64,000 nt of DNA from an uncultured Bacilli bacterium (GTDB lineage Bacteria > Bacillota_I > Bacilli_A > RF39 > UBA660): positions 21,259 to 85,258 of the forward strand of contig CAKPCB010000001.1 of NCBI GenBank assembly GCA_934141245.1, given 5' to 3'. The position numbers and the translations under genes were made by a program. Every line of letters starts with the position of its first letter. The stretch's first letter is position 1. The notes under the pieces were generated by a model, which saw only the letters and a program-made list of their open reading frames with translations, was not told the origin of the DNA and made no database searches. Shown here in pieces: positions 59,607-64,000 of the stretch.

Positions 59607-60206
59607 ATGATTAATAAAGTATATATAGATTTTGATTCAACACTATTTGATACACATAGTTTTTATAATGATTTTATAAATATTTGTAATAATTATGGAA
59701 TAGAGACCAATAAAATAGAGTTATTAAAGAAAAAACTATTTAATGATGAAAAATTATTTAATTTAGATGTTCTAATAAATAATATAGTTAATAAATATAA
59801 TATAGATAGTTCAATTTATTTAGATGTAGATAAGCTATACTCAAATAAATATGTATATAGTGATTCTTTATGGTTCTTAAAAAAACTAAAAAACAACTAC
59901 AACTTAGTATTATTAACGTATGGGGATATTATATATCAAGCTAAAAAGATAAAGGCATCAAAACTAGAAAAATATTTTGATAATGTTATTATAACTAATA
60001 AACATAAAGGAAATTTAGATTTAGATTATAAGGATTCGATATTTATAGATGATAGTTTAGATGAAATAAATAATATACGTAATAGAAATCCTAAAAAAAT
60101 TATAAGAATAAAAAGAAATAGTTTAAATATTAAAAACGAATTGAAATTGAATAATGTCTTAGTGTATACTAATTTTAAACAGATTTTTGAAAATGAATTT
60201 AAATAA
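59607..60206 (+). CDS. HAD-superfamily hydrolase-like protein
   Basis: Motif I VYIDFDSTLFDT (DxDxT). Possible motif IV FIDDS. 199 aa. Confidence 0.6.
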   Translation: MINKVYIDFDSTLFDTHSFYNDFINICNNYGIETNKIELLKKKLFNDEKLFNLDVLINNIVNKYNIDSSIYLDVDKLYSNKYVYSDSLWFLKKLKNNYNLVLLTYGDIIYQAKKIKASKLEKYFDNVIITNKHKGNLDLDYKDSIFIDDSLDEINNIRNRNPKKIIRIKRNSLNIKNELKLNNVLVYTNFKQIFENEFK

Positions 60207-61281
60207 TGTGGGGGAAAATAAAGTGGAAGATGTAAACAATGAGAAGATTTTAGTTTTTGGTGGGGGAACTGGAATGAGTTGCCTTCTAAGAGGATTAAAA
60301 ACTGAGGTAGAAAATTCTAACATTTCTATAACCTCTGTAGTATCGGTATGTGATGATGGAGGATCAACCGGAATTCTCAGAAATGAATTAGATATGCTTG
60401 CAGTAGGTGATATAAGAAAAGTACTTGTTGCATTAAGCAAAACAGAATTAACCGTTGAAAAACTATTAAACTATAGATTTAAAACTAACGGAACATTAAA
60501 TAAACACACAGTAGGTAATATAATGCTTGCTGCATTAACTGAAATGACAGGTAGTGTACAAAGTGGAATAGAGTTACTAAGTAAAATACTTAATTTAGAG
60601 GGTAGAGTTATGCCCGTTACTGAATCAAATGTTACTTTAGTTGCTGAAATGGAGGATTCATCTTTTGTTGAAGGAGAACACTATATCACTACAAGTAATA
60701 AAAAAATAAAAAAGGTTTTTTATAAAGAAAAACCTATAATAAATGATGAACTTGTAGAACAAATTAATCAAGCTGGTTTAATTGTTTTAAGCATGGGAAG
60801 TTTATATACTAGTTTGATTCCTTGTTTATTATCTGAGGAGGTAATAAGTGCAATAGATAATTCAAATGCACCAATTGTTTATGTTTGCAATTTGTTTACT
60901 CAGCCAGGGGAAACGGATAAATTTAAGGTTAGTGATCATATAAATACAGTTAATAGTTATCTTGGTAAAAGAAAAATAAATACTGTTATTGCTAATAATG
61001 GTGAAATAGATAAGGAATTAGCTTTAAAATATTCTGTTGCAGAGCAAAAAGATCCGGTTGAATTAGATTTAAATTATGTTGCAACATTAGTTGATAGAAT
61101 AATAGTTGATAATTTAGTGACTATAGAGAATAATGTATTCAGACATGATACTGATGAATTAGGACCATTATTAGTTTCTGAGCTTAGAAAAAGTATAAGA
61201 GATAGAGATAACTATCAAAATAGAGTTAAAGCGAAAAGAAAGATGATAATTGAAACTAATAAGAGTGTTAACAATAACTAA
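60187..61281 (+). CDS. yvcK: Gluconeogenesis factor YvcK (UPF0052/CofD-like)
   Basis: ILVFGGGTGMSCLLRGLK matches the YvcK N-terminal nucleotide-binding signature. Further matches are VVSVCDDGGSTG and ALTEMTGS. Confidence 0.8.
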   Translation: MKMNLNNVGENKVEDVNNEKILVFGGGTGMSCLLRGLKTEVENSNISITSVVSVCDDGGSTGILRNELDMLAVGDIRKVLVALSKTELTVEKLLNYRFKTNGTLNKHTVGNIMLAALTEMTGSVQSGIELLSKILNLEGRVMPVTESNVTLVAEMEDSSFVEGEHYITTSNKKIKKVFYKEKPIINDELVEQINQAGLIVLSMGSLYTSLIPCLLSEEVISAIDNSNAPIVYVCNLFTQPGETDKFKVSDHINTVNSYLGKRKINTVIANNGEIDKELALKYSVAEQKDPVELDLNYVATLVDRIIVDNLVTIENNVFRHDTDELGPLLVSELRKSIRDRDNYQNRVKAKRKMIIETNKSVNNN

Positions 61282-61311
61282 AAAGGCCATCCAAAAATAA
61301 TGGATGACCTT

Positions 61312-62265
61312 TTAAATTACCTCTATTTCTTCATCAACTGTTTCTTCTTGTTTGTTTGTGGATATTTTATTAATAGCAGTTTTTAGTGTATCGATTGAAT
61401 TTTGTAATTTTTCAGTTTCAATTTCTGTTAATCTTACATATATTCTTTCTTTTGCACCTCGTTCATTTATAATAGTAGGTCCACCAACAAATACATCATT
61501 ATTTTTATCATAAGATGAAACAGTTAGTACTGCATTTTCATTACTTAATATTGCATTTGTAATTCTAATCATACTCATACCAATACCATAACTAGTATTG
61601 CCTTTTTTTTCTATAATTTCATATGCAGCATTTTTAACTTTTGTACATATTTCTTCTAACTTGTCATTTTCTAAAAAATCTCTTATGTTTTGTAATCCTA
61701 CAGTTGCATTACTCCATGGCACAAATTCGGTATCGCCATGTTCTCCTAAAACATATGCATGAATATTTTTTGTATTAATATTTATTTCCTTTGAAATTTC
61801 ATATCTTAATCTTGCAGTATCAAGAGTTGTGCCAGTACCAATTACTTTTTCTGGTTGTGTTTTAGAATGTTTCCAAGTTATATAACTCATAACATCAACT
61901 GGATTAGTTGCGACTAAAAAAATTCCTTTAAATGAAGTATCCATAACTTGTTTTATAATACTTTCAAATACTTTGTTATTCTTTTCTATTAAATCCATTC
62001 TGGTTTCACCAATATCTTGATTAGCTCCAGCAGCAATGGCAACTATTTTAGCATCTTTACAATCACTATAATCCCCAGCTTTAATATCTATTTTTGTAGG
62101 TGCAAAAGCCAAGCAATGATTTAAGTCCATTGCCTCACCAATAGCTTTATCTTTATTTATATCTATAAGAACTAATTCAGAAACCGCTGTTCTTTGATTA
62201 AGTAATGCATATGCATAACTCATTCCAACATTTCCACAACCGATTATAACAACTTTATTTTTCAT
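61312..62265 (-). CDS. ldh: L-lactate dehydrogenase
   Basis: NAD-binding KVVIIGCGNVGMSYAYAL, catalytic-loop region GANQDIGETRMDL, and the LDH signature LGEHGDTEFVPWS. 317 aa. Confidence 0.85.
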   Translation of the reverse strand: MKNKVVIIGCGNVGMSYAYALLNQRTAVSELVLIDINKDKAIGEAMDLNHCLAFAPTKIDIKAGDYSDCKDAKIVAIAAGANQDIGETRMDLIEKNNKVFESIIKQVMDTSFKGIFLVATNPVDVMSYITWKHSKTQPEKVIGTGTTLDTARLRYEISKEININTKNIHAYVLGEHGDTEFVPWSNATVGLQNIRDFLENDKLEEICTKVKNAAYEIIEKKGNTSYGIGMSMIRITNAILSNENAVLTVSSYDKNNDVFVGGPTIINERGAKERIYVRLTEIETEKLQNSIDTLKTAINKISTNKQEETVDEEIEVI

Positions 62266-62386
62266 TTAATCACGTCCTATTCTTATAAGATTATATCAAA
62301 TATTTTTATATCTGTACATTTAAAATAATAAAGAAATAAAAATCTTTAAAAAAGTTATAAAATGTGATAGTCTATTATTTAGATAG

Positions 62387-63145
62387 GTGAATATAATGAG
62401 TGAAGATAAAAATAATAGAATTAAAACATCATTAGTTATCGCAATTTTTATTATAATAATATTACTTAGTGCATATGTAGTAATAGATAAGGTAATAAGT
62501 AAAGAAAAATTAGTAAATTTAGACGAAATAAAAATAAATAAAACTAATAACAATAAAATAACTAATGATTATTTAGAAGTTAATAACTATGATGATACTT
62601 TTTATAAGCTAAGTAATTATATAGATGATGATACATTAAGCAAGTTATATAAATATAAAAATAAAGCACTTGATTTTGATGTAAAATCATACATAACTAC
62701 AAAAAATATAAGCGAATCAGATAAAATAATTGAGGAAATATCTTATATAGATAAGGAAATCTTTGAAAAAAAGTATAGTGAAATATTTGGTAATATTGAC
62801 TCAAATAAAACAACAAATATGTGTAATGCATCTAGTTATGACAATAATTCCGATTCATATATTATAAACAGTAGTTGTAGTGATAATAATTATTTGTTTT
62901 TAACATTTTTTAAGAATGCAACTCATGATTTTAAAGAGCAAAATTTAACAATAAACAAGTACTATGTTTTTGTAAATAAAACATCTTCGGGATATGTATT
63001 ATATAAAGATGAGGACTTTAAAAGTATAATAGTAGAAAGTATTAAGTATGAAGATATAAAAAATTATATTTATAAAATGAATATTATATCTACTAATTTT
63101 AAAAAAGATAAATTAGGTAATTACTATATAGATTCTGTAAAATAG
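62387..63145 (+). CDS. N-terminally anchored hypothetical protein
   Basis: 252 aa. TM SLVIAIFIIIILLSAYVVI, then an Asn/Lys/Tyr-rich domain. Confidence 0.5.
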   Translation: MNIMSEDKNNRIKTSLVIAIFIIIILLSAYVVIDKVISKEKLVNLDEIKINKTNNNKITNDYLEVNNYDDTFYKLSNYIDDDTLSKLYKYKNKALDFDVKSYITTKNISESDKIIEEISYIDKEIFEKKYSEIFGNIDSNKTTNMCNASSYDNNSDSYIINSSCSDNNYLFLTFFKNATHDFKEQNLTINKYYVFVNKTSSGYVLYKDEDFKSIIVESIKYEDIKNYIYKMNIISTNFKKDKLGNYYIDSVK

Positions 63146-63179
63146 TATAGGATTACAATAAAGTTATATATTGACTTTT

Positions 63180-63330
63180 AGATACTAATTTACTATAATC
63201 TAGTTAATTAATGCGATGATGGCCTTGGAAAAGTCGGAGTAATATAATAAAAGTGATCTTCTGGATAAATAAGGTGGAACCGCGGTGAATCGTCCTTATA
63301 TGCTCTAGAAGATTTTTTAATTTATAGGAG
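63180..63330 (+). promoter_or_regulatory. T-box riboswitch leader upstream of proS
   Basis: T-box sequence AAGGTGGAACCGCGG at ~63271-63285. A candidate terminator/antiterminator (gatcttctgg...ctagaagat + TTTTT) surrounds it. AGTA/GA-type stem I elements (aagtcggagtaa) lie upstream, and a -10-like TATAAT at 63194-63199. Confidence 0.65.
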
Positions 63331-63341
63331 GAAGGTTAATT

Positions 63342-64000
63342 ATGAAAAACGAAAAGATAACTTCAAGAGACGTTGATTTTGCTAAATGGTATACAGATGT
63401 TGTTAATGCTGCACATTTATCAAGTTATTCTAATGTAAAAGGCTGTATTATTCTTGAGCCAAATGGATATGCAATATGGGAGAAGATGCAACATGAAATG
63501 GATAAAATGTTTAAAAAAACAGGACATAAAAATGTTGCAATGCCTATGTTAATACCAGAAGGATTAATGAGAAAAGAAGGAGAACTTGTTAATGGCTTTG
63601 CACCTGAAGTTGCATGGGTTACTGAAGGTGGGTCTAAAAAGTTAGAAGAAAGACTTTGTATTAGGCCTACTAGTGAAACATTATTTAGTGATTATTATGC
63701 AAGTGTTGTTAAGTCATATAGAGATTTACCTTTAAAATATAATCAATGGTGTAGTGTGCTTCGTTGGGAAAAGGAAACAAGACCATTCTTAAGGAGTCGT
63801 GAATTTTGGTGGCAAGAGGGACATACTGTACATGCTACCAGTGAAGAAGCAGAAAAAGAAACAAGAGATATGTTAAATGTTTATGAAACATTTTTTGAAA
63901 AAATACTTGCTATTCCTGTTATAACTGGTAGAAAAACAGAAAAAGAAAAGTTTGCAGGTGCTGATTATACTTTAACAATAGAAGCTTTAATGCATAATGG
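63342..64000 (+). CDS. proS: Proline--tRNA ligase (archaeal/eukaryote-like class II ProRS), 5' part; continues beyond window end
   Basis: RBS GGAGGAAGG. The N-terminus [21 protein letters not shown] is typical of the short-type ProRS. Class II motif regions FAPEVAWVT and SRE are present. No stop occurs before the window end. Confidence 0.85.
   Translation, partial: MKNEKITSRDVDFAKWYTDVVNAAHLSSYSNVKGCIILEPNGYAIWEKMQHEMDKMFKKTGHKNVAMPMLIPEGLMRKEGELVNGFAPEVAWVTEGGSKKLEERLCIRPTSETLFSDYYASVVKSYRDLPLKYNQWCSVLRWEKETRPFLRSREFWWQEGHTVHATSEEAEKETRDMLNVYETFFEKILAIPVITGRKTEKEKFAGADYTLTIEALMHN

Noticed and set aside
1-64000. Search for CRISPR arrays, tRNA/rRNA genes, IS elements/transposases and integrases
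   Set aside because: No regularly spaced direct repeats, no GC-rich cloverleaf-sized islands in intergenic regions, and no transposase or recombinase-like ORFs were seen. Absence is by eye only and should be confirmed with tRNAscan/Infernal/ISfinder.

Overview
The window is a low-GC (AT-rich) Firmicutes chromosomal segment from an apparent endospore-former; a sigG orthologue, dacB-spmA-spmB-rluB synteny, yunB and a SpoVD/FtsI-like PBP are all present. Most genes lie on the + strand and are housekeeping, sporulation or divisome genes: asnS and proS (each behind a T-box leader), a PyrH-family kinase, typA, mraY, ftsA-ftsZ-ftsK, deoD, yvcK and ldh. Three accessory-looking blocks stand out. The first is a ~12 kb T4SS-like module at 18.8-31.1 kb with a VirB2-like C-terminal hairpin protein, a VirB6/TrbL-like protein, a VirB3-like protein, a VirB4 encoded as two ATGA-overlapping ORFs, a SpoIID/LytB+CHAP wall hydrolase and a VirD4 coupling protein. 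No relaxase, integrase or transposase was recognised anywhere in the window, and the module sits between core genes (typA upstream, class-B PBP + mraY downstream). It is followed by a divergent double-HTH regulator and a zinc-ribbon/PrsW-protease operon. The second block is a phosphorelay at 39.2-44.9 kb: two tandem paralogous hybrid histidine kinases, an Hpt protein and a response regulator with an apparently degenerate HD-GYP domain. The third is a class-II (double-glycine leader) bacteriocin locus at 44.9-47.9 kb: a C39-peptidase ABC exporter, an ORF with no canonical start codon, two GG-leader peptide genes and a small membrane protein. All four genes after the exporter are absent from the supplied ORF track; the ATG-started ones are shorter than any ORF it reports. 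No rRNA, tRNA, CRISPR array or IS element was recognised.
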